A DNA stretch of 64,000 bases from Lingula anatina. Lineage: Eukaryota; Animalia; Brachiopoda. The stretch lies in the NCBI GenBank assembly GCA_051362555.1, contig CM120643.1, positions 12,746,644 to 12,810,643 on the forward strand, in the 5' to 3' direction. Shown in pieces: positions 1-12,716 of the stretch. The notes under the pieces were generated by a model. The model did not search any database, had not been told where the DNA came from, and worked only from the letters and a program-made list of their open reading frames with translations. Positions within the stretch are counted from its first letter, which is position 1, and every line of letters begins with the position of its first letter. Position numbers and translations under genes: made by a program.

Positions 1-235
1 AGATGTATACTTCAGACAGTAGCATGATACCTAAAATTTTGTTCCTTTCTGTGTTAAGAAGTTGTCTACTTCAGAACTTAGCACAATATCTAAAAAATTA
101 ATTCGTGACACAAATTTCGAAAATTAATTTTAACCATGTTACCTTTATGTATTAAAGACTAATGTTAACTTTCTTAACGTATAATATTTAAAAAATTCTG
201 TACCAAATGAAATTCTATTTTTTCTCTCTCTCCAG

Positions 236-2032
236 GACCATGATTTTTTCCAACATTTAGAAATGCACATGAGGGCGGAGATGCCCCCTCTATGTGGCAG
301 AGATCACCTGGCCTACAGGTCTTATTACTACCCAGTCAAGGTAAGAAATTGTGACAGCAGTGAAATATTCAGTGTATAATGTCATAAATATGTATGTATG
401 CATGTTTGTATGTATGCCAGGATCTTTAAGGACGTGAATAAAAGGTGGCCACAGATTTCCAATGTTGCAGCGCTTTAAAACACACTGCAGAATGGTAGGA
501 CATGTGGCAGCTTTACATGTGTGTATAAAAAGCCAAAAAAAAAAGATTCTGAAAATCCCAGTAACTTTCATGTTATGATATACCAAGCAGCAGAGAGAAA
601 ACTCTTTATAAAAAAATAAATAAGAAACCTAGAACAGTATCTGTGCTTGACTAGAGAATGCATAAAATGAATAGATATTATAAAGTAATTGGATGTGTGG
701 GATGAAGAAAGTAGAAAGTGAAGATAGGACTGAACTGAAGGACAGATAACCAGGAGAGCTATGACAGGCTTGATTAGAGGGAACTCCTTCTATTGAAAAG
801 TGATTATAGAGGGCACTTGTTTTATTGAGAAGTGATAAAAGGGCATTTGTTCTATTGAGAAATGATGGTGGTGTATCATTGTGCCTAGAGGTAATTATTA
901 AATGTGCCTGGGGGTTATTAAATGATAAGATAAGAACACTGGAAAAGATTATCAGATCACATTTCAGTTTTGATTATCTGTGACGCACTGGATATTATTT
1001 TGTTTACTGAGTTTGAGAAGGATTTGTGAGGCAGTGTGATATTGATGTGTCCCATATAGGTTATTTACTTGACGTAGTGTAGAATCAATGTCTTCAGGGT
1101 TAAGAGATGTCAGGTCTAGAACCTGGCTTTCTGCGTCATTAACACAGTAACAAAGGCAATTTTTGTTTATGTTTGCACAGCACTCTGAGCCTTGTGGTCT
1201 GTAATATTGTTTGAGCACTAGGCAATTTTTTTTTCCAAAAGCAGTCACATGTAAAAATTGCTCTTTGAGAAGTAAAATTTAATATATATATTTTTAGTGT
1301 TTGACTTCCTTAATATTAAATAGATAACTGGGTCTTCATTTTAGCTATTGTTAGTTTAAAATGCTAGGTACAACTTATTTTATTTTTTACTGTGTATTGA
1401 AAATATTCCAGTGAATCTGTCTCCATATCTGTCTCCAAACATTTCAGTTTCAAAGATTTGTAATTTTTAAGTATTTTTTCAATATCTGAATAATTCATAC
1501 TGGTTCCTGACATAATTTGCTTACATTTTGAAAAGGCAAAATTACCAAGTTGTTTGAGAATTTAGCAATACGCTTGTTGTACATACTGCATTACGTTATA
1601 GATCACATTATATTTGTACAACGGTAACTTTGACTTTTCTGTTTTGGATTTCCAGAATGTTCTGGATGGGGATTTGTGTGAAATGTTTACGTCAATGGAG
1701 CCACACAAACAGAAGAGTGTTGCAGAGGAGTTGGACAGAACCCCTAGTGAGGTATGGACTTTTTTTTTTCATTAATTTGTTTTTAAGAATAAATTGTTAA
1801 AACTTAGCAAATATTTCCAAAGCAATTATATCGGAAGTTTAAGTGTCAAATGTTATGGTTTATATATATTTATGTGAGCTGTCCTCATTTATAAATGTGA
1901 TTATCAAACATTATGCTTCATTTTACTTTATTTTATTGATTAATTTCTTCATATTTGTCCCTTATGTTTTTTTGTTAACATTTTTAGGTATCCAAAAAGC
2001 TGGAGGATATCAGAACGAGATATGCTTTCTAA
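236..2032 (+). CDS. SF3B3: Splicing factor 3B subunit 3, last three coding exons (5' part outside window)
   Basis: Exons 236-340 ([35 protein letters not shown]), 1656-1751 ([32 protein letters not shown]) and 1988-2032 ([14 protein letters not shown]). All are phase 0 with AG/GT boundaries. The peptide matches the highly conserved SF3B3/SAP130 C-terminus. Confidence 0.96.
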
Positions 2033-2350
2033 GCCCGTGAGAACTTGTGGACAATGAACTATAAAAAAAATGTAAATTTTGTACAGTGAACCATGGAGCT
2101 CCAGTTGCTGGGAAGATTTTTATACAATGCAGACCCAGGTGCAGACGACAGGACTGTCATTGTAGACTAGTTATATGTAACATTTTGTATCATTTTGTGA
2201 GAGAGCTGTAACAGTCTGCGCGACATCTGTTTTATTTTTTTACAGTGTAATGAAAATATTCCTGTGAATCTGTCTCCATATTTGTATTAAAAAAGTGCTG
2301 TAAAAATGAGAAAATGTATACGCCTTGGTTGAAATACTGAAAGAATATTA

Positions 2351-2356
2351 AATAAA
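2351..2356 (+). terminator. Candidate polyadenylation signal of SF3B3
   Basis: AATAAA about 320 nt after the stop codon, followed by GT-rich sequence (gtgtgggttattagttg). Confidence 0.45.
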
Positions 2357-3914
2357 TGAACAGAGTGTGGGTTATTAGTTGCTGCCAAGTGATGTCCACA
2401 TACAAGATTTCCATTGACCTTCTTCATTTGAAGTTCTGACCTGAAAATTGGAAATGAGCCAAATTATGACATTGGTTAATGAAAAAAATCATGCTAGTTA
2501 ATGAAAAAATCATGCTAATTCAATTTGCGCATGCACAATGGAAAACTAATTGGATCTCGAAGATTCTTCGAAAGCCAAATGCTATGTGCCAGTAGTTTAA
2601 TTAAAACTGACTTGAGAGATGCCAAACCAAGACCCATATTAAAAAACTATAGTCTTGGTTTATTGGACATTTTAAGTAATTGTTCCAGGAAAATGAGCCG
2701 ACAGATGAAGCACTAGAATTCAAATTATAGACCTTGAATGTGTACACTTGTGAGAAATTTGGTGACTGGTATTGCTTACAAATCACTCTAGTTTATAGGG
2801 TGATATTTATATTCAAAAATGATTTTTTTTTTTTTTTTTTTATTGGGGCCAAATGCACAACCAGTTTTATGGGCAAATAACAAAAAGATATTTTTATGGT
2901 TAAATTACCAGAAGATATTTTTATGGTTAAATTACCAGATGTGGTTAACCTGAAACTTCCAAGGAATAATTGTCTTGGCAACAAAAGAAATGTGATTCTC
3001 GCATGTATTGATCTTTGTCTTCTGAGACTTGAACTTATGCCTACCTAATAATCATGATGCAAAAGTAAACCTGTACAGAAAAATAATGATACCAATATCC
3101 CTTAATAATGCTATTTGTGTTCAGGCAACCTTCCCTTAGACAAGTCTGCCATTTCCAGCAAGTAAACATTTTATGGCCCTTCATTTTTTAAAACCATTTG
3201 ACAAAACAAAGTTGATCATTATGATTATGGATCAAATGCCAGGTTGGCAAATGTAAGCATGTTGATTCCCTAATTATGTTATACTTTTGGCAAATTTTGC
3301 GTCGCAGAGCTTTGAGGTATTGGATCAATGTGGGAAACCTGTTACTACTGCTGTGTCACAAAGACCTGTTAAAGAGGATTATTTCTGCTGGCTTACAAGT
3401 AGACAATATTTTTCCGATTGTTTGCTATTATATTACATGATTTGAGCTTGCTTAAAAATACTTCTTTATAATTTTCACACATTTTTCAATAACCTGATCA
3501 TGCAAAATTAAGGCACACCATTGGCGGTTTCATGAAGACGTCAAATTTGTAAAAAGCTTTTGAAGTATGAATTTCACTTATGAAGGCATGAAATGAATTG
3601 AAACACGCCTTTTAAGTTAAGCACACGTAATGTAATTTTTTTTTAAATTCATCTTACTGGTACATGATACATGACAATCCAACTATTATCAAGTGTTTTA
3701 TGCCGTTTGTTTTTCTGCATTTCACATTTACTTGCAGTGAAATTTGTACTGTGTCGCAAAATCCTTCACAAACAGAAAATTGAAATTACGATTTCGCTGT
3801 TTTTAATAATTTGTTACAAAACGCACCATTATCTGTTTATTTACATTACAGTTGATTCTAAGGCATCATAAAGAAAATTATTAGTATCAATGTTCAGTTT
3901 CTTCCCATTACTAT

Positions 3915-4050
3915 TTTTACCGGAAGTTCAAAATAGGTTAAAATTGTCCAATGGGCACGTAAAACTGGAGTCATGTGACGTTTAAATTTAGATGCGCGTA
4001 CAAGATGCGCAAGTGACAGGTCAAGTTGATTCGGGTCTGACGTACGGTAA
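3915..4050 (+). promoter_or_regulatory. Putative SNRK proximal promoter
   Basis: CpG-enriched patch 100-240 nt upstream of the ATG. It contains an ETS site CCGGAAGT (3920), an E-box/CLEAR-like GTCATGTGAC overlapping a CRE half-site TGACGT (~3970-3981), ATGCGC motifs and a second TGACGT (~4038). A short 5'UTR intron 4047-4142 (GTAAGG...TTTTAG) is possible. Confidence 0.5.
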
Positions 4051-4156
4051 GGACATAAGCCTCTGTTTAGGCTTTTATTTTAGAATGATCACAGTGGCGA
4101 TGAACCTTCTGTGGTAACACTGGCGAAAAGAATTTATTTTAGACTTAGCCGGAGAG

Positions 4157-5151
4157 ATGGCTTTCAGGAGAAAACAAAGTTACGATGGAAAAATCGCCGG
4201 ATTATACGACCTGGAGGAAACCATCGGACGAGGCCATTTTGCAGTGGTCAAGTTAGCAAGGCACGTCTTCACCGGTGAACGTGTGGCCGTCAAGGTGATT
4301 GATAAGACAAAACTCGATGATGTCTCTAGGGCACATCTTTTCCAGGAGGTAAGATGTATGAAACTTGTCCAACACCCTAACGTTGTTCGGTTATACGAGG
4401 TTATCGACACTCAAACAAAGCTCTACCTCATCTTGGAGCTCGGCGACGGAGGAGATATGTTCGATTACATTATGAAGCACGAGAAGGGCCTCGATGAGAA
4501 TTTTGCGCGCAAATATTTCAGACAGATCGTGCAGGCTATTCATTATTGTCATAAACTTCATGTGGTGCACCGCGACTTGAAGCCAGAGAATGTTGTTTTC
4601 TTTGAAAAACTGGGATTGGTCAAGCTGACAGACTTTGGATTTAGTAACAAATATGTCCCAGGAATGAAGTTGGAAACTTCGTGTGGTTCACTTGCGTATT
4701 CTGCGCCAGAAATACTGCTTGGGGATTCCTATGATGCCCCTGCTGTTGGTAAGTCTGGCATGGCTAAATTTGATATTCAGAATGTTCCTGCTCACCAGTT
4801 GATTTTTATTATTATTATTTTCCAAATATCGTGTAGTGTCACACAAAAAAATTCAAATAAATTTGTGCACTTTTGAGTAAGCAGATTGTATTGAGCTCTA
4901 ATTACGATGATTATCACTATGATATTTTGTAACATGTTAATGTAATCAGTTTCACAGCTTTGAGATGTGTTCTGAAATATTGCTGACCACTTATTGCTCA
5001 CATTATTTCAAGATGCACAACCAAGCAGAATTGACATCAAATTAAGAAATACATTTCTGTGTTATTAAGAATCCGAATTGATGATTTATTATTATTATTT
5101 CTGGACAATATTTGGGTCTCTTTTATGATGATAAGTCTTGGATGTTAAAGG

Positions 5152-5201
<50 letters not shown>

Positions 5202-8200
5202 TGATTTTTGGTGATGAAACAGATTACTAGTGCTAGGAAGTCTTACAATCCTGCTATCAGTACTCGCATGAAAAACAATAGAAAGCAGTGCAAGGGTTGA
5301 CCTTCTGCAACTGTGTTATAATGAAAATGTATGGAATCGAACATTTCATACAGGTTCAGTCATATTAACAGGCTCTCTAGACTGCAATGTTTTCTAGACA
5401 TTTAATGTATGTAGTATGTGAAATAAAAGCACACGTCGTAAATTTAAATCTGCCTGTCTTAGATCAAATTGCTGTGAAGAAAAAAGCATAAATAGCTCAC
5501 CTCAGGGATCTTTTTTATGTTTGTCCTTTAAGATAATTTTAGGAAAATGAAAAAAATATTCACTAATAATTACTAAGAAAGACTGGTTTTATTTGGTGCC
5601 CAAAATCTCCCAACATTGCATAAAGCTCCGATGAGACTTTTCCAACTTATGTTGGGATTTCGACTTTTTCAGGGTCATTTGGGTCATTCTTGTTAATCGT
5701 GTACCCTGTATCTTTGGGGCCTATTTTCCTACTTTTTCAGTGAGGACTGGTCTCATCCCTGATAAAGAGCAGGATTGGATTCTTGGATGTTTTCTAGTCT
5801 TTGACACCATGTAGTCCTGAAAGCCTCATTTTAGGTTATCTGGGTTGATTTCCATTAATGTTGGAATACACGAGAAGGATGTTAGAAGGCTGTGAAGGAG
5901 GTGTTTTATGGTGTCTTTCGCAATAAATGGATCGTACAAGGTAGCTCTGATGGCATCTGAGATCTGCAATGTTAGGTCGAACTACCTAGTATGATAGTTT
6001 CATTATGAACGCATCCTTAATGTCCTTGCCAGAGGAAAAATACACAAGCATTGATTCCTTGCTGAGCATTACATGTAAACTCTGTGCATGTGGCAGATTG
6101 GTAAGATTCATAGATTTCACTGTCATCAAATGCTCCTCTGAAGTACAAGTTCCCATTCCACACAAAACAGGCATGCATCTCCTCACAGCATTCTCTCCCA
6201 TGTGCTCTAAAATTGCATTTGACAAGCAGACTTCACACCAAAGTAAAACACATTGCATTGTTCTCCTATTTAACGAAGCAAGGTGCTACTTTCCTAAACA
6301 ACAGCAGTTGAAGACCTGCTTCTCAATGCTCATTATAGATTTTACTTAAGTGCATTTATAGTACCTGCAGGTCAAGTATAATAGTTAGCATAATAACAAG
6401 GCCCAATGCTGAGTAAACAGAGGTTTGTGAACATGGTGTGATGCGTCACAAAGAGCATTAAAAAGGTTTTAAAAGACTGCATCAGTTCAGGTGTGAAGAA
6501 ACATTGAACTGTTCCCCAGTGTGTGCCTGTATGGCGATGTACAATACTGATTATTTTTGTTAGCCACAGTTAATGTTTTAAGTGCCACTGTTGATAAAAG
6601 CCCTGACTTAAAGTCATGCGGTGCATCGATCTGTGAAGATTGTGGAAGGAGCTGTTCAAAGTTATCTTGATGTTGCGTAAAAGCCAGAGCTCTTCAAGTG
6701 GACATGATTGTATAATATGAATTATCGGTAGCAGTGCTTACTATTGAAATATTGTTATTTGTTGAAATGTTTCCAAAAATAGAAATCGTGCCAAAGGACC
6801 TAGTTAAAATGCAAACCTCTTGCTTAAAAGCATGCCAGTGAGCTATTGTAGAGTAACACTTCATGTAACAGATTGGAATTGTGCTAATGGTACGATACTT
6901 CATTGAATAATCTAACATTTCAGCATGTATTATGAAGAGCACAGCTTTAAATGAAGTGTTATGTGTGTGACATGTTTGTTAGTGACAGTTTTGTAAATCG
7001 GAAAACTTGGCTTTAATATTATGATTATGCCTTGTTGAGTCTGGAAGTCTTCATCATGGATGCAATAATCAATTATAAGGTTACATATTTTAGAACCTCT
7101 TACTGTACATAAGTAAAAGGGGAAGTAAATTATATTGCAACATATGTTTTCAAATATTTTCTTCACGCTGGTGTATTTGTTTTAAAGAATGCTTCATATC
7201 TTCTTGATATTTACATATAATTTGTAAAGTCAGATAGGCATTTGCCATCTAATGATAGAATAAGCATATAGTACTAAAATGATCACACTAAAGGCCTCAT
7301 TTGATGATAAAATATACACTTCCTTTCCTTTGCATTGGTATTTTATACATGCTCCTTTGATTAATACATTATTAATGATTTTGGCCCAATAATTAAGGGA
7401 CATGACTAGTCACCCATTTAAAGAAGCTCATTAAAGTGATTAGTTGGGCTTTTCTCATATAATGCAGTGAGCGTCAGGGCTGTAACAGTGAGATAATGTC
7501 ATTACCAAGAACAAATGACTCATCGTTTTCAGTCCTGGTAGTAATCTGTCTGAGAATCTACGTAATTTTGACACAGACACTGTATGATAAATGTATTTAT
7601 ATAATGAATCTTCATTATAGAATCTATTTAGTTAAGAAGAGCTTTTATTGATATGAAATGGTCTTGTGGTTAACAATTGTAGAGGTTTTGCATCACAGGT
7701 GATATTTTTATATTGAAGTTATATAAAACTGAATAGAAATAAATATCCTCATTCCTGGTGTATTTCATTTTAATACAGAAAGCATGATATTTGTGATACA
7801 GGGTGTATTAGAAAAAAATGCACTAGGTCACATTGCTTACAAATTACTAGTACTCTGTAAATGAATTCCTCCAGCCCTTCCACGTGATTCACTACATAAT
7901 CTGTAAAAGTGTGAAGACATTTGTCTGCAATGTACTGGATAATAAAGAATAAATCATCATGGTTAATTAGATCAGTACTTATGCAGGAGTCAAAGATTGT
8001 ATCAAGTAGGTTTTCAGACATCAGGGACTTTTGTATGGAGTTTATTTACTTCTTTGTTTTAGTTAATTCTCACATTTTTAACATACACAAATCTGGATGC
8101 ACTTGTACTTTATTTACTGTTGTAAAATCTTATTCTTAGATAAAACTACCAAAAAAATCTAACAAGTTTCATGCCAGTTCTCCTTAACTCTTTTTAAGTG

Positions 8201-8973
8201 CTTAATACTGTAATCTGTTTCGTTTACTTCTGTCTCTCCTCAGAAACGAGCAATACTGAGACACTGCCAATAAATCATAAATGGTCCAGGAAGTGTTACT
8301 GATAGTGCGAACATTATAACTGTGAATAAATTAACCTTTTAAAAAAGATTTGCTTGATACTTCTGAATAGCACTGTGATCACCAAGATATGTGTTGGTCT
8401 TGGTTTAGTTCACTTTTGCCGAGGCCAAATACCTATCCAACATTGGTATCAAATGCTAAAATGTCCCCTAGCTTATATGGCTGATAATTAGGCATATTTA
8501 AAATGTTTTTTATGACTGGTACCAATATGTCTGAAGATATCTCTTCCTGGTTGAAGGGGGGAAAAAAAGAACTTGGATTTAAACTATGAACGGGCAATTT
8601 ATTGTACAATACCGCTTGGGAATAAAGATGAACCGTTCTCTTATTGTGGCAGACTGTTTAATGTAGAGTGACACGCAATGTCCAGTTCTTGGCAGCACTG
8701 ACTTGACCTCATGGCTAGCTATCATGGATCCTCCACCTTTGTACTTGCAGCTAGATGCCTTAGCGTGTCTGAATATTCCGATATAATCATTCACCACACA
8801 GGCCTGCAGCCAGTGTTAAAGGTGGTGGTGGTGAGGGGGCTCTTTTGCCAAAAATGTGGACCTTCTTCTGCTTCACCTGACCTTACTTGAGAAATGACAG
8901 GACCTGGGTCAAAGTTTTATTTTGAAATTGACCTTTTCTTACCAAAAGGACAGTTACTTCAACCCCTCCACCC

Positions 8974-9004
<31 letters not shown>

Positions 9005-10568
9005 ATTGGGCTAATACCGTAGTCTTTTCTAAGTTGAAATGAAACACTACCTACTAGTAAATATGTTTATCTCTACTGTATCAAGAGGAGAGGGGATTTC
9101 TGATTTTATATATGGTAATATACAATTCTGATATCAAAGTAAGAGAAGTGGCAAAATGTAATCTTAAATTACTAGGCTCAAGATAACATGCACAGCTTTT
9201 TGCCAAATGCTAAAAAAAAGTTTTATTATGGCAAAGTTCTTCCAAAATAAAATCAATTACCCACTGGTTAACTATAAAGCCTGGATAAATGGGCTACTTG
9301 ACAGTATCTTTTTTTTTTTCTTTTTTCTCAGACATTACACACCAATAAACTCAAATTGTCTACAGTCTGATGGCTGGCAGTGCATTCCTTTCACCGCACA
9401 AAAGCTGACACGGAAGCCAGTTGCAGGTGTAATTAAATTGGAATAAATCAGGTTTTTATCAGGCCACAGCTACAGCTTGTGAACCCAGACAGATTGGAGG
9501 ACCTTCAACTGAGTACAGAGAGCCTGACTGGTAATGTTTGGGTTCACAAAGCAAAATTTTACTTCAATGAATCACCAAAACAATTTTCCTCTACATATTG
9601 TTTTAAACGAAATATTATAGATATTGACAAACAGAACTTGAACCTGTTTTAGTGCTACTTCAAGTAAAACATAAACTTTTTTTTTTTAATTTCTTTAAAG
9701 TTGCTGCAGGGCTAATTACTAGTAGAGGATAGGCCTTGGTCATTTCAGGTTTACTTATAATCCTGAAACCAAGGAAATCGTATGATAAAACTCCTGGTAA
9801 TCTATCTGCTGTTATGATGATGTTGCCATGGTTACTGATCAAACTGATGGTCACCAGTTTAATGACTTATTGCATGAATGGGGTCCTTTCCAGAATAAAT
9901 GGTTGTGTAGCAAAACAAAAGTATAATATCTTAAACTTTGTCTGGTTGGGAAAATCATAAATCAGTTGGAAAAACAGATGTCAAGTGAAAGGTTTATGCA
10001 ATCAACTTCATTTAAAAAAACTGCATCAGCAGAGTCCTGGTGTTAACTCTTGAATTATATTATCATGTAATGTAGTTTACACCACAAGCTTTAAGCATTT
10101 AACTGTGACTGGATGTTATGTGATACATTCTAACACATCCGTTACAACATGAACAAATTGTTTTCCTGGAAGATGTGTCATGACGCCATTTACAGTAAAT
10201 ATTGCAAGAACGACTTGTTTCAAACATTTATTGCAAAGAAGTCTTTCCTAAGTATACACTATGACAGCAGTCTGTTCAATGTTTGGTTCAATTCACGAGG
10301 TCAACCCCACAAGTAATATAATTATCTCTTTAAATTGGTATTTTTTAATGTGGTCATTGTGTAAACATTCTTATCAGTACGGTTTGGTTATCTCTATGTA
10401 TACATACCACAAGTGTGCAGCTTTTACTATCACTCTGTATTGATATGGTTTTACTAAATGATAAACTTTATCAGGAATATATATTTGGTTACACACAGTG
10501 CAGTTTTAGTTTTGTTTTAGTCGGGTACCTGAAAAAATATGAAGTTTTTTCTCAGAATTGAGCCTGCT

Positions 10569-10600
<32 letters not shown>

Positions 10601-12663
10601 GTCTCAATTTAAAGACAGTTGGAATCTGTTCTTTTTTTGGGAAGTCAAAATTATGAAGGCACTTGGTACAATGGTGTCTAGTAAAGTGTGTTTATAAATA
10701 AAATAATAGTGTATCATGTATATCTTTGATATTGCTTGCTGTACATGGACAAGGGATATAATTTAACTTCAGTCGCTTTAATATCCTTGCTCTCGGTTCT
10801 TGAGTACTTCAATAATTCCAGGAATTTTTGTTCTCTATTTTAAGTTTTCCAACTGCAGTGGATATCGCAAATTAAAGGTTGGCATTTAATGAATCAGTTA
10901 TATACAGCCTGCCTCAGGTAGAGTCTGTTAATGACATTTGTAAAATATAAGGTAAATAGACCAAGTCAATGTCTTCTGGCTCTGAGTTAGAGGAAGGGAG
11001 TAGACATAGGTTTTTTGAGGCCATTGCCAATGATTTACTTTTAGTTAAATTATATACAATGTAGCATCTTTTTTTCTAGGTGCATAAAATTAAGAGGAGA
11101 GAGCTTAAAAAAAAAAAAAAACTAAACAGGATATGGAACGTGCTGGGAATGGGTCATAACTCACCTGTGGTTTGGTTTTTGAATGAATGGAGTATGGCAT
11201 TACCTGAACCAGACCGTTGATCATCCTGAGCAAATCTTTCAACCTCTGTTACAGGTAGAAGGGAAAGAAGTTAATGTAGGTTTGTTTTTTTTTGGGGGGG
11301 GGGGGGGGGGGTTTGAAGTTCAGGGTTAAGTATTTTCTACCGCATAGAACATATACTTTTATATTTATCTTTGCACTTAATCTATATTGTTTATCATGAT
11401 ATATGGCCAGAATATTGTATCTGATGGCTTTAGTGAGAAACACAGCATACCAGATGGACTAAAGAGAAGTTGTGCTCAGGAAAAACAGCCTAACCTTACT
11501 GTAAACGCGCTTTGAGCACTGTGATTTCATCGTGAATAACGAAGCAGAAGGTTCTTTGCAAGGTGTACAGGAACGCACATTTAACAGACTAATAACTTAT
11601 CCAAGATAAATTGATTTTTTTTTTTCACTTCAAAGTTTTGCTTCATCTCTTTCATTTCCAGGGAATGATAAGAATTGTGAAAAAAATAGTTCATTTAGCT
11701 GCAGGCAGTCCAATACGTATTTTTATTATGTTATTTCGTCTCCCTCGAGGTGTTTTTGCTTAGTTCTGATGAGAACTACAAATGTATTTTATTGTTCTCT
11801 ATCAAATTAACTAGGTGTAGGTAAATCACGACCTCTCTATTACACAATCACATTCGTATTTAGAATTTCCCCTGAGGAAATGGAATCTGCATAGTCAGTA
11901 GAGTCTGGCTGTAGAACAGGCAGAAATCATTGAGTTATTTTATTCCACTTTCTGTTTTTAGCCTAGATGTTTTTTTCGTAAGGATGTTATCATTTTGAAA
12001 TCGGTCCAGTCAGCTTAGCACAGCTTTATCTCATTCTAAGGTAAAGTGTAATTTCGGTAACATGACCTGGGCATATGGTGGATGATTTTCCCGCTGAGCA
12101 CTTTCTCTGTTAAATCAGCATGGTGGAGTGTTATATGTATCAGAAATTATGATGTCAGTAATACAAGCATGCACACATTGCACTGATCACGCCCTGTGGG
12201 GAAAAAAATCATCATCCTTTTCACAATCTCAGAAATGTATCATCAGTAAGATCGTTTATGGTTCTAAGATTCAGCCTGATGATGCTCTTGTGGCATGTAG
12301 CTTTTTCACTGCTATTTTTGTTCCAAAGTAAGTAAATACTATGACTAAAACATCAGTTATAATACTCAGAAATGCAATTATGGTTTTGATGAGCTCTGTG
12401 TGCCGTATCAACACTGTGTAAATTTGTAGACAGGTCTGATTGACCAGCAAATGACCAGTAGGCGTAAATTACCGCAAGACCAATACAGAGTACAAACAAT
12501 CCTGTCTGACACTGAATTCCAGCACCTCAGTCTTTGCTGCCAGGTGCTAGTGGTAGGTTTTCTCTCAGATTATATCAGTCTTAACTTTAGGGAGCAGGTG
12601 TTTGATGGCAACCCCCAACTGCGTTATTCTCAGTCAGTTTTCTCTGAATTTAGCAGTCAGGGT

Positions 12664-12716
<53 letters not shown>

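Noticed and set aside
2470-2940. Two-copy local duplications (~22-bp unit at ~2476-2518, 27-bp unit at ~2886-2938)
   Set aside because: Ordinary slippage duplications in AT-rich non-coding DNA with no further structure.
4749-4876. C-terminal 42 aa of ORF 4157-4876
   Set aside because: Read-through into intron 1 past the G|GTAAGT donor at 4748; the kinase domain resumes at 15399.
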